From NCBI RefSeq assembly GCF_006345805.1, contig NC_043008.1, forward strand, positions 60,388,001 through 60,452,000: DNA of 64,000 nt, read 5' to 3'. Every line of letters begins with the position of its first letter. Position 1 is the stretch's first letter. Under the pieces are notes generated by a model, which made no database searches, was not told where the DNA came from, and saw only the letters and a list, made by a program, of their open reading frames with translations. This document shows positions 38,245-52,073 of this stretch, in pieces. This DNA comes from Octopus sinensis (lineage: Eukaryota). The position numbers and the translations under genes were made by a program.

Positions 38245-38797
38245 GCCCTGATGAAGTACCGGGCATTGGTTTTCATAGCTTTTGATCTTAACCGATTGGC
38301 AGTGTTATCATGTACTTGCTTTGTCTTGGTATGAACGATGGGCTACAGCTAAAATTCTGCTCAGTACCACAGATTTGCTTGTCAGTTGCTTGACCTTAAC
38401 TGGTTGAGCATGTCCCTTGGTGGCTGACGATGTGTGCATCTCTGATCATGAGCAGAAGTAGTTGGGAACATCATAACCATGTGTTGAGAGCAATTCTTTG
38501 GGGTTTGAATAATTCACCTCTGTAAACATGGGTATTTCCTTCATCATCCTTAAATAAACTTTTTTCAGGGACCTTTGGAGTGAGGTGGGCTACTCGGCCT
38601 GAAGAAAATTCTAACTGGGCCCTACCTGCAAGGTCATGTGCCGTTTATCTTGATATGATATCACCATATCTCACACATATGTTTGTGATGCTTGTTGCTG
38701 GTGTAACCTTATCAGACGGATAGTTATGATGGGTATATTGTGTTTCGTATATTTGTACCCCAGTGTCACTTTGATGGCATGCATTGCGCTCTCACTC
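38245..38797 (+). mobile_element. ~550-bp non-coding interspersed repeat inserted in (AAT)n
   Basis: (AAT)n on both sides. Its 3' ~140 bp is homologous to 44357-44495, which ends at the same CTCTCACTC and is also flanked by (AAT)n. Confidence 0.7.
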
Positions 38798-39409
38798 AAT
38801 AATAATAATGATACTATCCCAACCACAAAAATATTACTGAGAACATCTATTATTTAAAATGATTATTTTCTCAGTTCTGATACACATGCTGCCATCAAAG
38901 CTTGAGAGTGAGACTGAAGTAATATTGTATGTTTGATTTTCTTTATTGCGAATGAAAGGAGAAAGAGGAGCACCATTTTTCATCCTTCACTGAGATACGC
39001 AAGAAGAAAGGTTGTAGTTAGCCTCTGATGTGAGTGCTGGCTCAATATCTGAAACAAAGCGTACTGCACTTAATGATCTTAAGCTATAACCGACGTCAAC
39101 GTAACACTATGAATTCTGATTAATGTATTTTTCCTTTGTCTTTGTGAGAATCGATAGAGTAAGCAGTGTTTCATTCCATGCTTTTATATTATTAGTTTTA
39201 TTTCTTCTTGACTTTCGTCATCTAGGGAGTTGAGATATAGCACCATTGAAGTGATGTATTAATATAATGAACTGTAACCTCTAGCATACAAATTTTGGAA
39301 GCGTGCTAATGCAAAAATTCCTTACTTTATTATTTTATTCAATCACAGAGTATTGGCCATACTGGAGTAATGACGTCTAGGTTAGAGTCGATTGGGTTGA
39401 CCCTAGTAG

Positions 39410-39714
39410 TTTGTTTGCTCCTTCCCGAGCCATGCCTGGCTCATAAGGTCCGGTTTCTCGGTTTCCGTGGCGTATAGGTTCCCCACCTGGACGGGACGCC
39501 GGTCCGTCGGAGGTGAGCTGCTAGATGCATGAGGAAAGACTGAGAGAAAGTTGTGGCGAAAGAGTCAGCAGAAGTTCTCTATAAACTTCTGCCGGAGCTG
39601 CGTGGAGCTTAAGTGTTTCGCTCATAAACACACACATCGCCTAGTCTGAGTTTTGAACCCGCGATCCCTCGACCGCGAGTCTGCTGCTCTAACCACTAGG
39701 CCATGTGCCTCCAC
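39410..39714 (-). mobile_element. tRNA-derived SINE (head A variant + tail iii)
   Basis: A/B boxes and ...AAGCTCCACG...CTCCGGCAG as in head A; distinct tail. Confidence 0.8.
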
Positions 39715-40513
39715 ACTAGGCAATTATTTTACTGATTTCAGAAGTATAATGGTTGACACAACAGTAGGAAACTTGAAAACATAACATAGAAAGACTGTAG
39801 TTAAACAACACAAAGTATTATGTCGGATGCTCTAACAATTCTGTTATTTCCTGCGCCACGTATTTACATTTCTTTCTTCAAAAATATGATTAGGGTGTTA
39901 AAATAATGTATTTAACAAAAAATTTTCTTTTGTTATTTACAACTAACGTGTATCGTGTTTATTGAGAACAATCGTGTTAAAACAGTCGCCAGGGAATGCG
40001 ACAGAGAAATACGTCATCGTGAAATTTTCGGTTTGAACATCTGCCTTTTGTCTCCAGTGTAATTTGAGAATATAACTGAATAAAAAAAGAGAATACAGTT
40101 TCTCAACAGAGATCGTTAATTTTTCATTTTCACGGGACAGATAATGCGTCATCATACTAACGTCACAGAATAACATGTCTCTCACTTCTTATTAAGAGGC
40201 GTATATTTTTCATACTGTTTCTAAACAGTAAATATTTACCTGTGCTTTCACACCTATGTCAGCGTTTGAGGAGATTTTAAACGTAAATTATAGTTTTCTA
40301 CACGCGATCACATACGTACTCAAAGTCCTAGATTCACAATCGTTCTCTCTTTCGCAATCTCTCTCTGTCACGCACGCAAGCACAGACACACTCACACACA
40401 CACATAAACATGGGCGCTTGTATGCGGAGTAATTAAAAGACGAATTTGTAAAATTATGAACGTAATAGGTGCTCACTCTTTTCACATCCCCCATAGGTTT
40501 TCAATATACATAC

Positions 40514-40555
<42 letters not shown>

Positions 40556-42419
40556 TTATGAGGATGACAAAATTGAGGCTGTTCTAAATTTTTGTCTTTT
40601 TCCCTTCCTTCAAAGTGAAAACAAATTAAGACAGATTTAATGAAGTAGAAAGAGGACATCATCGAGATATGATGTGAAGCGAATACTGGAATGGGATGTT
40701 AACGTGAGGCAAATCGGTGTTTCGGGTAGCTGACCTATAGTAAATGAATGCAATGAGGAAGGGACTCAAACGAGTTTTCGATGGATTGCATGTGCTTATT
40801 GTGAACATATGCTTATGTGTATTTATATATGTGTATTTTGCGTGTTACTGTGTGAGTCCAAATGTGTGAGTGAAAGATCATGAGCAAATATTTTGTGCGT
40901 TTTTAGCTTGCGTATGTGCGTATTGTGATCGTGTTTGATGTGACTGACAAAATTCTGTGATGGAGTGAATATGCACGAGGGCTATAAAGGTATTTTATAT
41001 TGGAAATGTATTTAAACGCATTCCAGATCTAAGGAATTCAGGGAAATCGCTGATAGCATGAGATTATGCCGTGTACAAGTTAATATACAAATTTTAGGAG
41101 GTAGACTTTATAGAGATGATGGTTTTCGCTCCGTTTCTTCAAGAACCTCAGCTCTAAATATATTGACAGACTGCAAAATATTACATGCTGTAGAGATAAG
41201 GAGAGACATCTCTACAGACAGCAACTATCAAATACTTTGTTACCAATATTGAGCTTTAATAATTTTCGGCAATGCATTCACAAATATTCCACACCAAGTA
41301 TATAATTCATAATTCGCTTGCGTGTAATTGTTTTCTATTATTAAAGATTTTAACAAGTGAACACGGTTTTTACCATTCGTCTAAACATAATATAAATGCA
41401 AAGGACTACAGGGTAAATTAAATACATAAAAAAACATTAGCAGGATTAGAATACCCGTCTGATGTACTCCGTTATTCAAATTCACTCTTGTAAGAAGAGA
41501 AACAAACATATTCTTAACTAAAAAAAAAAGAAAAACGTCCCTTTCATGTAATTATCAAAATAAGGGAAAAAATGTAATCAAGATTTTACGTCCAACTAGA
41601 GTTATATTTTGAAAAATATTTACTATTTTCAATGAAGTCTCAGGAAAATGTTACCGTGTCCATATGTCCTATCTCCAAGAATTAGAAACACCGCAACGCA
41701 TAGAAAATGCTGCTTAAAACTATAACCTCGTGCTTTGAGTTCAAATACAGATGTATCACATGTAGACATATAAATGCTTCTGCATTCCAATGACATTCTC
41801 AAACTTTAATATTTTTTTTTATTTCTTATAATTAATGTACACCAAAATCATTAATTTGTATTTTTACAACTTTATTCTCGGAATCATAAATGACTATTAT
41901 CACACACTCATATAATCATCTTAGTCAACGATTAATTTACGTTTGTATGTCATATTCAATTTATCATCCATGTGTTTGGCTGTACAAAACTGAGATAGAA
42001 AAACTGCTTTATTTATCTCTCTTATACTGTGTATATGTTTGTCTATAATTCGAGATAGTGTAATTATTTTAAATTTGCTTCTATTTTAAATGTAATTACA
42101 TCTTTCCATTTTCTCAAATTCATAACATTAGCGTAATAGAATTCCTCTTACAACTTCAAAGTTCTTGAACAACAGGCTGCTACACAGACATTAGAGAGAA
42201 GCAGTAAAAGAAAAACTCCTCTTGTGTTGTATTCACAAATTTGTAAACATACGATATATTACCCTTACACCTTAATTTGCAAACTAGTATATATATACAT
42301 ATAAATACACACATAAAATACATACATGCATACACACACACACAGCCACATACCTACTCCCAAACACGTACCGACATACACACACATGTACGCGCTCATA
42401 CATACATATACACATATAT

Positions 42420-42600
42420 CATATTTGGTAGACCGCTGAAATCTACAAGTTTTTTTCATTCTCACTCTGTTCCTTTCTTTTGAAGAGCGTAGGCTCGAAG
42501 CGTAAAATACTTTTTCGTTTTCCGAGCGTCAGACTAGAACACTTGCTCCTTGTTCATACACCTGTCTTCATCTTTTGTTTCTCTATGGATTTCAACTATA
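42420..42600 (+). mobile_element. Related ~200-bp repeat with decayed hammerhead-like motif
   Basis: CTTT-CTTTTGA-A-GAGC GTAG GCTC-GAAG-CGTAAAA at 42473-42508, followed by TTCCGAGCGTC. Confidence 0.5.
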
Positions 42601-42715
42601 TATATATATGTGTGTGTGTGTATGTGTGTGTGTATTGATAGAAATGGTAAGTCAACAAAAGAATGAAAGAGACCTCGATATTATGTAAATAGGGGAATGT
42701 ATCTGTAAATATATG

Positions 42716-42884
42716 TGACAAATATTCGGTAGCCATGATAAAATACCGAGCTTAGGATGGCAGGGCGGAAATCCACGCCGATATCTCTTCAGTTATCAGG
42801 CCCGATAACTGAAGAGATGCCGACATGGGTTTCCGCCCCAACATCCGAAACTCGGAGTTTTATCATGGCTACCGAATAATTGTC

Positions 42885-42885
<1 letters not shown>
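42716..42885. repeat. 170-bp imperfect palindrome made of two head-to-head hammerhead-like arms
   Basis: Arms 42716-42797 and 42804-42885 with loop AGGCCC. The + arm reads GATAA-CTGAAGA-GATG...CATC-C-GAAA-CTCGGAG-TT-TTATC. Confidence 0.75.
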
Positions 42886-42927
<42 letters not shown>

Positions 42928-43539
42928 CCTATATATATATTCATGTATATAGGCTCAATGTTTTTTATACAAGAACACACATACACATGCACACATACAT
43001 ATGCAGGTTTATAGATGTACACAGGCACAAAACGACAGTAAAAAACGCATTGACTGGTACATGCACACAAAGAAACAATAGAAAAATAATTCATATACCG
43101 AATTTCCGGCCTAAAAGTCGTAGCTGAAGTGTAAACTTTGATAATATTGCCGATATCTTTTCAACTCCTGCTGCATTCCCTATGATATTTTTTATCCTCC
43201 AAAGTCCTCTTGGTTGTATAAGTCGTTTTATCTTTGTTAACTGTCAATTACTTATATGCCGGAAAACGGTAATATTTTAAATATATATTTTGAAGATATC
43301 AGTCCATTTTCTAAAGAAGAAAATAGCAGGAACAATGTAGCTGGTTGTAAAACTGTTGGTGTCACATGTCGCTGGCACAGCACTTCACCTCTGTCTCACT
43401 GATCATCGAACCTTCTAGAATCTGCTCAATGAAAATCAATGAGGCACAGCAGATGTACGGACTCCGCAGAAGCATGGCAATTTTTTCTCTCGTCTTCACA
43501 AAGTATCTTTGTAAATACAATTACACCCGCCAGATATAG

Positions 43540-44140
43540 TCACCATCATCAACATCATCCTCAACAACCTCAACTTTCTCATCATTCTTATCATCCTCAT
43601 CACCATCGTCTTCATTATCCTTACCATGATCAATGGCAGGAGCATCTTCATCGTTTTCATCATTAATATCATGGCTAGAATTATGCACCGGTATTTTTCT
43701 CATTTTCGTCTTCCTCTTATTTGTGGTCAATCTCATACTCGATGTTTTTCGCGTCCTTTGTATCCTACTCTCCATCCTCATGATTATCACCATTGTAAGC
43801 ATCATTATTATTATCTTATCACGATGACAGCAACCATCATAAAAAATCAGCATTGTCATTACTACTACCACCAGAACCACCACCACCGCCACCACCACCA
43901 GAACCATCAACATCTCCATCATTACCAACACCGCCATCATCAAAATTATTAACCCCATCACCACCACTACCACAATCATCATAATCATTCTCATTACCAA
44001 ACACTATTACTATCAACATCAATATTACAGTTTCCATTAGTATTTTTCTCAGTGTTGATTGCTCAATCCTCTTGAGCAACACTAACACAAATAGGAACAC
44101 CAACACACCAACATTAACAACAACTACAACGCCATCACCA
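43540..44140. repeat. Degenerate (CAT/CAC/CAA)n low-complexity tract
   Basis: Read directly from the sequence; similar tracts at 6650-6930, 59640-59810 and 63640-64000. Confidence 0.85.
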
Positions 44141-44258
44141 CCACAGTGAATGCACCTACTTTTTCTATCATACCATTCATAGCTATTACGAGTTCTAATC
44201 TCCTGACTCTTTCCTCTAAAGCATAAAGGCTTATGCAGTAATAATAATGATCATGACG

Positions 44259-44343
<85 letters not shown>

Positions 44344-44356
44344 TAACAAGCGATGC

Positions 44357-44495
44357 TTATCTTGATATGAGATCACCATGTTGCTATTGTGATGCACGGT
44401 GTGCCCTTATCAGACGGGTAGTCATGATGGGTATATTGGGCTTCGTATATTTTACCCCACTGTCAATTTGATGTCATGCACTGCTCTCTCACTCA
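44357..44495 (+). mobile_element. 5'-truncated copy of the (AAT)n-associated repeat
   Basis: TTATCTTGATATGAGATCACC...TTATCAGACGG...ATGGGTATATTG...ACCCCA(C/G)TGTCA...CTCTCACTC is shared with 38665-38797. Confidence 0.7.
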
Positions 44496-45003
44496 CTAAT
44501 AATAATAATAATAATAATAATAATGATAATAATAATAATAACAAGAACAACAATAATAATAATAATGTTATGTGTCTTGTGTGTTGTGCTTTTGGGTGTG
44601 TATTTATATATGTATTTATGCATGTAGGTATGTATATGTGTGTGTATGACAATGGAAATATTTCGTTGCTTGTTGATTTCCTCTCTCATTTTCTCCTGCA
44701 AGCGATCTAGAATTAAGAGAAATCATCTGAAATACTATTTGGGCATTTAAGAAGTTCCCACACACGCGCAAACACACACACACACTTACGCACACACGTA
44801 CGTACATTTTATACATCTATTCAGCCATTTTTATCATCTGCTGGCTGTGTCCCCAGTATTCTGTTGCCCGTTTATCTATCCATCTATCTGTCCATCCATC
44901 CATCCATAAATCTGTCAGTCTGTTTATTTTTTGTTTATGTATGCATCTGTGGGTGTGTATGTATGTGTATGCGCTTGCACGTATGTATTTATGTATGTGT
45001 GTG

Positions 45004-45035
<32 letters not shown>

Positions 45036-47939
45036 CCTATCTATCTATGCATTTTTTGTCTTTGATAGGTCTATTTAAAACAAATCAGATAAAATATTCT
45101 TTAAATTTAATACAAAAACTTTACTATTAAACAACATCTCAAGAATGTTATGCCAGTTAACCTCAAGGATTGACGGCTCGTTTGTGAGAAGCTATCCTCC
45201 TCACATTATCAACTATCTATTGGATGTTTGAATGTTACATAAGTATATGTATATATATATATATATATATCAAAAGTTGCCATCACATTTATGCATTTAA
45301 AAACTAAGTGAAATATAATGTAGCACTAAATTGAAATACTATTATTGGTTGCGATAAAAAATGAATAGCTTTTAGTTGCCAATTTTTCGGAATGTATGCC
45401 AAATTTTGAAAGAATGGTGAAAATACGATCGCATTTTGAAGTGATTCGGTTACAAAGAATGATAAATGAGGTTTATTTTAAAGACAGGTCGCAGATGGCA
45501 TCTCGTGTCAAAGATCTTGTGACGTGAACGAATTCTAGTCTTTGTTCTAATTATAACTGTCTAATGATTACTAGTCACAAATTGCTACTACATCTAATTC
45601 GAATTGGTAATCCGACACTAAAAATTTCGTTTGCAGCACAATCATATCAAAATCTACTGAATACTTTTTAACCGACTTGCAAACCATGCAAAATCATTTC
45701 TTAGTGATTAAGGAAATACGGAGTTTGATATTATATACATCTTGTCCTCGTGCGTCCTCGTGAGTTTGTGGAATCGATAAGTTGAAAGGAAAACAAAAAG
45801 GGCAAGTTATACATAAAAAAAGAATAAAAATCGAATATAAAATAAATATGGGAAAAAGTAACGTGGTGTTGATACGCGAATTCCCTTTTCTGATGCAGGA
45901 AATGACATCCCTAAATCTAATCTGCTGCTATGAGATTACACAATGGAGATCTGCAAGAAGGCCAATTTCAGTTGTCAGGAAAAAATATATTTCTTTTGTA
46001 AATGGTATGATTGTTTCTGTACGATTAATATTATATAATTATATACATATATCATTTCATAAATAAGTCTCGTATGTGTTGAACTCGAAAACAAATTAGA
46101 AGTGAAGTTAAAAAGAGCTATTGATATTAATTCTGCTGAGTTTACGCAAGTCTTATTGTGGTCGTCTGACATACTAGAATATGTAACTAAATTTTCTTCA
46201 AATTACTCATTAGTATGTTAAATAAAAAGAAGACAGATGACAATATAGGCATCGGCACCTTGTTTGAAAAATTAGATGGAAAGGTCATAGAAGGTTGAGG
46301 CTTGGAACGCTTTGATAATAAATTTGATTGATCGGAGGTGAGCCAGAGCTGTGCAAAAACCTGACGCGCGCCAACTGACATTGTGTTCAATATATTAGTT
46401 CGTCAGTGGAGTGTCAGATTCGGTTGATGTAGTCTTGATAAATAGTTTATGTTTTTTTTCTTCTCAATAATAAGAAAGCTTAGCCAACACCCAGTTTCTC
46501 CCGCTCTATCCCCCTGTTCTCTATTGGGTACAGACCTTCTAACCCAGTTGACTGACTGGCTCTCACTTTGTCTAGCTCTTTTTACGTAGTCTTTGTGATT
46601 CCTCTCCTTTTGTCTTCCAGTCACATTCTTATAGCATCTCTTTGCCTTCATACTTATCACTTCTATCTGATTGAACATGGTTATCTTTTCAACGGTTATC
46701 TCTTCAATCGATTTATAGCTGTTCTTTCTCATAAATATCTCTATTGTATTTCTCTTTTGTCCTTATATCTCTTTTACTCCATTTCACTATATTTGACATT
46801 TTAACTCAGTTTTTTCTGTCCCTCTTCTTCCCTCAGTTTTTCGACTCTTTTTGGTTTCTACACAAAACCACCCTCACCTTACAATTTCTCTGTGATATAA
46901 TCTTTTCCTGTCTGTTTGTCTACCTGCCTGCATTCGTTTTTCTTACTCCTTTTCCCTCTCTTTCGCACCAGCACTAATTAAGAAGCCACTCGATCTGCTC
47001 TTCTTGCAGAGGTTGCTGCTGATTCCTCTCATTCCTATCGCTACTGCTGCTGCTGCTGCTGCTGGTGTACAAGAACTGCGTAGCTGTGAGTGGCACAGTT
47101 CTTTCATGCCTTCTTAGTTGTTAAATGAAGTTTTATTAACTGTTTCTGAAAATCTATGAAACAGAAATCTGCCACGTGGTACGAGACCAAAGAGTTCACA
47201 GCTTCACAGACGTGTCTTGGAATTTGAATTTTCTCCAAATACACATCGTATCGATTAGAAGAAATGTGTTTGAAATTCTAGCACCAAACAGGAAAAATGT
47301 TTTGCTAAAATTGATAAGAGGAAGCTCAACCCAAGTATTCACCTTGGATAACTTGTGTTCAGTATTGATGAGGATCTGAACTGGAGTACACATGTCAATT
47401 ATCTGATACGGAACCATTTGAAAGTGAACGTGTGCTGACATAATTCTGCATTCGATGACTAAAATATTTTTTCAGTCTGTACATCATGTTTTGTTTAATT
47501 CACCTACATCTTTCTGTTTGATCAATACGACGACATAAATGTAAATCTATATCGAACATGATATTTGATCTAAATTTTTCATAAGAATAATGATATCTTT
47601 ACCATATCAAAGCTCTTTTAAAATGTTCTACACATGAACAGCTTAAAATAACCTAGCTTGATGAAATAGTAAAATATTTGTTTATCAGTAAGAATTATCT
47701 CCCAGAAAATTCAAAGTACTTTGCGTCTGGTCATATTTGATTGAAACTATTTCAGAACAATGCCATTAACACTACTATGAGCGTCTACTGCTTTTTTCAG
47801 ACAATGTAAAACTGTCTAAATAATCTAATGTATTTGTGTACTTTATGAACTTATTGTTCGTTTGCATAAATGTGCGAGTGAAGTAAAACAAAGAGACAGG
47901 ATATATATGCTCACTCATTAAACTAGTAACAACAGGTGT

Positions 47940-48359
47940 AGGAATACGATCGGGTTCCTACAGCAGGTCTTCCTCATCGCCTGAATCTCCGGCCCCTCAC
48001 TTCGGTGCTTCTACAACGGCGCTTAAGGTGGTTCGGTCATGCGGCCCGGCGTCCAGAGGGTGAGCTGATTCGCGATGTTCTCCTCCCACCTCCACTTCCC
48101 AGCTGGCGCAAACGCACGGGCGGGCGGGCGGGCGGGTGGGCGGGCAGCTGAAGACCTGGGCAACGACGAAAAAGGAGGACCTCTCCGAACTCTCAGGTCC
48201 GCAGGTGGTCGGTATGCGCAGATGGAACCGCGAATGGCTCGCTATCTCCAGAGACCTCGCACAGGACCGTCTAGCGTGGGCCGCCATGGTTCGTGATGCC
48301 GTTAGGACCAGAGAAGAAGCCGACTCAACCCACCCTGGGTGAATGCCGTCACAAGTACA
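47940..48359 (+). mobile_element. 5'-truncated RTE-clade LINE 3' end with 15-bp TSD
   Basis: Translates to LLQRRLRWFGHAARRPEGELIRDVLL...GGQLKTW...LAQDRLAWAAMVRDAV...PG*. The tail is (CAAGTA)2. TSD AGTAACAACAGGTGT at 47925-47939 and 48360-48374. GC-rich island; a (GGGC)n expansion at ~48118-48145 shifts the frame. Confidence 0.9.
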
Positions 48360-49204
48360 AGTAACAACAGGTGTGTATCCTTAAAATCAAAGCTTGTTGT
48401 CTCAAAAATGGAACCAGACATATGATGATGTTGCCCACCGAAAGAAGATGCGGCAGTTAGTCTCAAAGAGTTTGATCATATGTTTGATCAGCCAGTGCAG
48501 AAATGAGAATACATAAGCACAACCAGTATGTCATTTCTGAGACATTTGACTGCTACATCTAGCTGCTTATGCGTTCTCAAACAATCTGCGTTCGTAGCAG
48601 ATCTAATAGAGAGTTTTACTCCTAACTGTAAACGTTTTCGTACTGTAGAAATAAGAATAGTAGTTAAGTGTAAATAATATATGTGATTTCGTATACGTAT
48701 GCAATATATCTGTTTGAGGGATGTCATTATTTTTCTAATGTATATCTGCTCAAATAAAAAAAAAATGACAATAAAATACAATGACGTCAGACACACAAAG
48801 CAGTGCTTTTTATATTTCAATAGTCACAGCGCTTTCTTCATTAAATGGTAATATAATTAAAAAACTAGAAGCTGTGCATTTAATTATCAAAGGAAAACCA
48901 ATACAATCATTACAGTGCAATGAATAATGTCAACTGATAATGTTTAATATAGTTATTGGGTAGTTAATCACGTCATCATTTAACATTGGGTAACAAGTGG
49001 ATGTTGGGCGATTCGTTGCAAATTCAGTGAAAAAGCTTGGTGGTATTTATTCTGGATATTATCGTTCTGAGTTCGAATCTTGCTGAGGTAAACTTTGTCA
49101 TTTAACTCTAAATCTTCTGAGTTCATAGAATAGAGTACCAGTAGAATACTGCGAATGTCTTCATCGACTAAAACCGCCTCTTAAATTGTTGGTTCTATTC
49201 CTAT

Positions 49205-49572
49205 ACTCTTTTACTCTTTTACTTGTTTCAGTCATTTGACTGCGGCCATGCTGGAGCACCACCTTTTAGTACTTATTCTATCGGTCTCTTTTTGCCGAAC
49301 CGCTAAGTGACGGGGACGTAAACACACCAGCATCGGTTGTCAAGCAATGCTAGGGGGACAAACACAGACACACAAACACACACACATATACATATATATA
49401 CATATATACGACAGGCTTCTTTCAGTTTCCGTCTACCAAATCCACTCACAAGGCATTGGTCGGCCCGGGGCTATAGCAGAAGACACTTGCCCAAGATGCC
49501 ACGCAGTGGGACTGAACCCGCAACCGTGTGGTTGGTTAGCAAGCTACTTACCACACAGCCACTCCTGCGCCT
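49205..49572 (-). mobile_element. SINE family C, near-intact
   Basis: The reverse complement aligns with 11838-12266, with a short internal deletion. Confidence 0.9.
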
Positions 49573-50169
49573 ATATTAGAAATAATATATTAACATTGGA
49601 TACGACAGCATTCTGGCAAAAAGTTAGGGAGCAGGTCCACAAGTAACACCAGTGACTACGTCGGTAGTTCGAATTCGTGGGAGTTCAATTTCCAATTAGC
49701 ACTGAGAACTGGCAGAATAATTCGAGCGTCGGATGGTGTTGTACGTTCTAAGTTCAAATGGCGACTGAATCAATTCTAATCCTATGAGGGGTTGCTAAAA
49801 ATAGTAGTATTAAAGAGCTATGGTCGAACTATATGGCTATAGACATATACAAGCTATATACCATTATCAAAAGTGAGATAACTGCATATAATATTGTCTA
49901 ATGTCTGTTATGAACCGAAGATATATGCAAAGAACAGTTAGATACGATATTAGTTCATATATGATATCAGTATTTATCATGCAAAGGAAGCATTGAATAT
50001 CATATTAGTCAACCTATGATAAAAATATATATCAAAAGATTGTAATCTAATGTTTGCTGATAAATATCATGTCAATCATAAACTACCTCAGAAAAATCAT
50101 GAACAGACATACATTAGTGATATGCACTTGTGAAGACTAATATATTCACTATCACTCTCTCTCTCTTTT

Positions 50170-50208
<39 letters not shown>

Positions 50209-50942
50209 CTAAGACATTACGTCAGTAAGATCAAATAATTTTATTGCAAATATGAACATAGCGCGCTTAAGATAACTTTGTTCAAATCCCTGGCTCCTCG
50301 CTTACAGATCTACCTTTGAACAATAAACGTGTGTGTGTATGTGTGTGTGTATGTGTGTGTGTATATGTGTGTGCGTCTGCGTGTGCGTATGTGTGTGTGC
50401 GTGTGTTTGTGCGTATGCAGATGCACATTGAGTGTGTTAGTCCTATACGCAATAAAATTAGCGTTCCAAACACGTTGTTCATTGCATTCATACATACACC
50501 TACACACACACAGACAGACAGAGACACACACACTTATATATATATATATATATATATATATGTTAAATGAACAAAACATATTTCTTTCTCTTATCATTCA
50601 GGTGAGATTGAACACTAAGAATAAGGCATTCGTATTCCTTTGTTATTGCTCCAGGTATAAAATTGAAAATTCATTTCATGTAAAATCACGACTCAGATAA
50701 AATAAACAAGCATAATGCTTAAAAAATTTCCGATAAAGAAATAAAAAAAATATAACAATAAATAGAACAACAACTAACAATAAATAAGCAAGTAAACATA
50801 CGAAAAGTATAAAATACGAAATTTTTTCAATAATGCAGAATTCCTAAAATTTATCAAAAGCGAAATAAAAAACAAAAACAAATAAAGAAAATAAACAAAC
50901 TGAACAGTAAAATGCACATGCTCACCAAACAACTATATATTA

Positions 50943-51322
50943 TTCCTTTCTATTCTAAGCACAAGGCCGGATTCGATTAGATCGACCCCAGTACATAACT
51001 AGTACTTAATTTAAAGAGCCCGAAAGGATGAGAGGCAAAGTCGACCTCGGCGGAATTTGAACACAGAACGTAAAGTCAGACGAAATACATATTTCTTTAC
51101 TGCCCACAAGGGGCTAAACACAGAAGGGACAAATAAGGACAGACACACGGATTAAGTCGATTACATCGACTCCAGTGCGTAACTGGTACTTAATTTATCG
51201 ACCCCGAAAGGATGAAAGGCAAAGTCGACCTAGGCGGAATTTGAACTCAGAACGTAACGCCAGACGAAATACTACTAAGCATTTCGCCCGGCGCGCTAAC
51301 GTTTCTGCCAGATGACCGCCTT
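50943..51322 (-). mobile_element. Family D SINE doublet (junction 51088/51089)
   Basis: GACGAAATAC|ATATTTCTTTACT junction; full head at the right end. Confidence 0.85.
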
Positions 51323-51346
51323 ACAGTTACATAGTATTGTAAGTAT

Positions 51347-51674
51347 GTGAGGGCGCGTGGCTTAGTGGTTAGGGCATTCGGCTCATGATCGTATGGTTGT
51401 GAGTTCGATTCCCGGCGACGCGTTGTGTCCTTGAGCAAGACACTTATTCACGTTGCTCCAGTCCACTCAGCTGGCAAAAATGAGCTGTACTTGTATTTCA
51501 AAGGTCAGCCTTGTCACTCTGTGTCACGCTGATTATCCCCGAGAACTACGTTAAGGGTTACACGTGTCTGTGGAATGCTCAGCCATTTGCACGTTAATTT
51601 CACGAGCAAGCTGTTCCGTTGATCGTATCAGCTGGGACCCTCGTCGTCGTAACCGGCGGAGTCTTTTTTTTTTA
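51347..51674 (+). mobile_element. tRNA-derived CORE-like SINE (head B + tail i) with 11-bp TSD and T-rich end
   Basis: A/B boxes and a CORE-like TGTGTCCTTGAGCAAGACAC block; same tail as 1761-2124. TSD ATTGTAAGTAT at 51336-51346 and 51675-51685. Confidence 0.85.
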
Positions 51675-51990
51675 ATTGTAAGTATAGTCTAATGAATAAG
51701 AAAGCTACGGTTTGTAATCATCACAGTCATCATTACGAAAGTTATACATGACCAACACCAGGGGGAAGTCTGTATTAGCGCTGACATGGTTGTATGATTG
51801 CACAAGAACATAACTTTGGTTTCGTTTCCATAGCGCGATAGATTCGGAAGTACCTACTGATGCATCCGTGAACAAAGCCACGTTTTTGGGTGACTTTCTT
51901 GGATAACTCAAGACTTGGGTTCTTGTGTGACTTACTTTGCTACGGTAACCCTACTACAACCTGTCGAGCGTGCGTCTATTTGTCTATGAG

Positions 51991-52073
<83 letters not shown>

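Noticed and set aside
41058-41252. YRDDG motif resembling the Penelope RT active site
   Set aside because: The flanking residues do not resemble RT; a five-residue match is within chance.
45900-47085. Further splice-like exon candidates (45900-46005, 46280-46336, 47010-47085; also 332-400, 3139-3206, 8489-8530, 18299-18403, 50602-50654)
   Set aside because: Each has plausible AG/GT and a short open frame, but the peptides are unrecognisable and such matches are expected by chance, so they could not be ordered into a gene.
47345-47430. IDEDLNWSTHVNYLI resembling a CR1/L2 RT thumb motif
   Set aside because: It is too short, needs a frameshift for the preceding YLG motif, and has no further supporting similarity.
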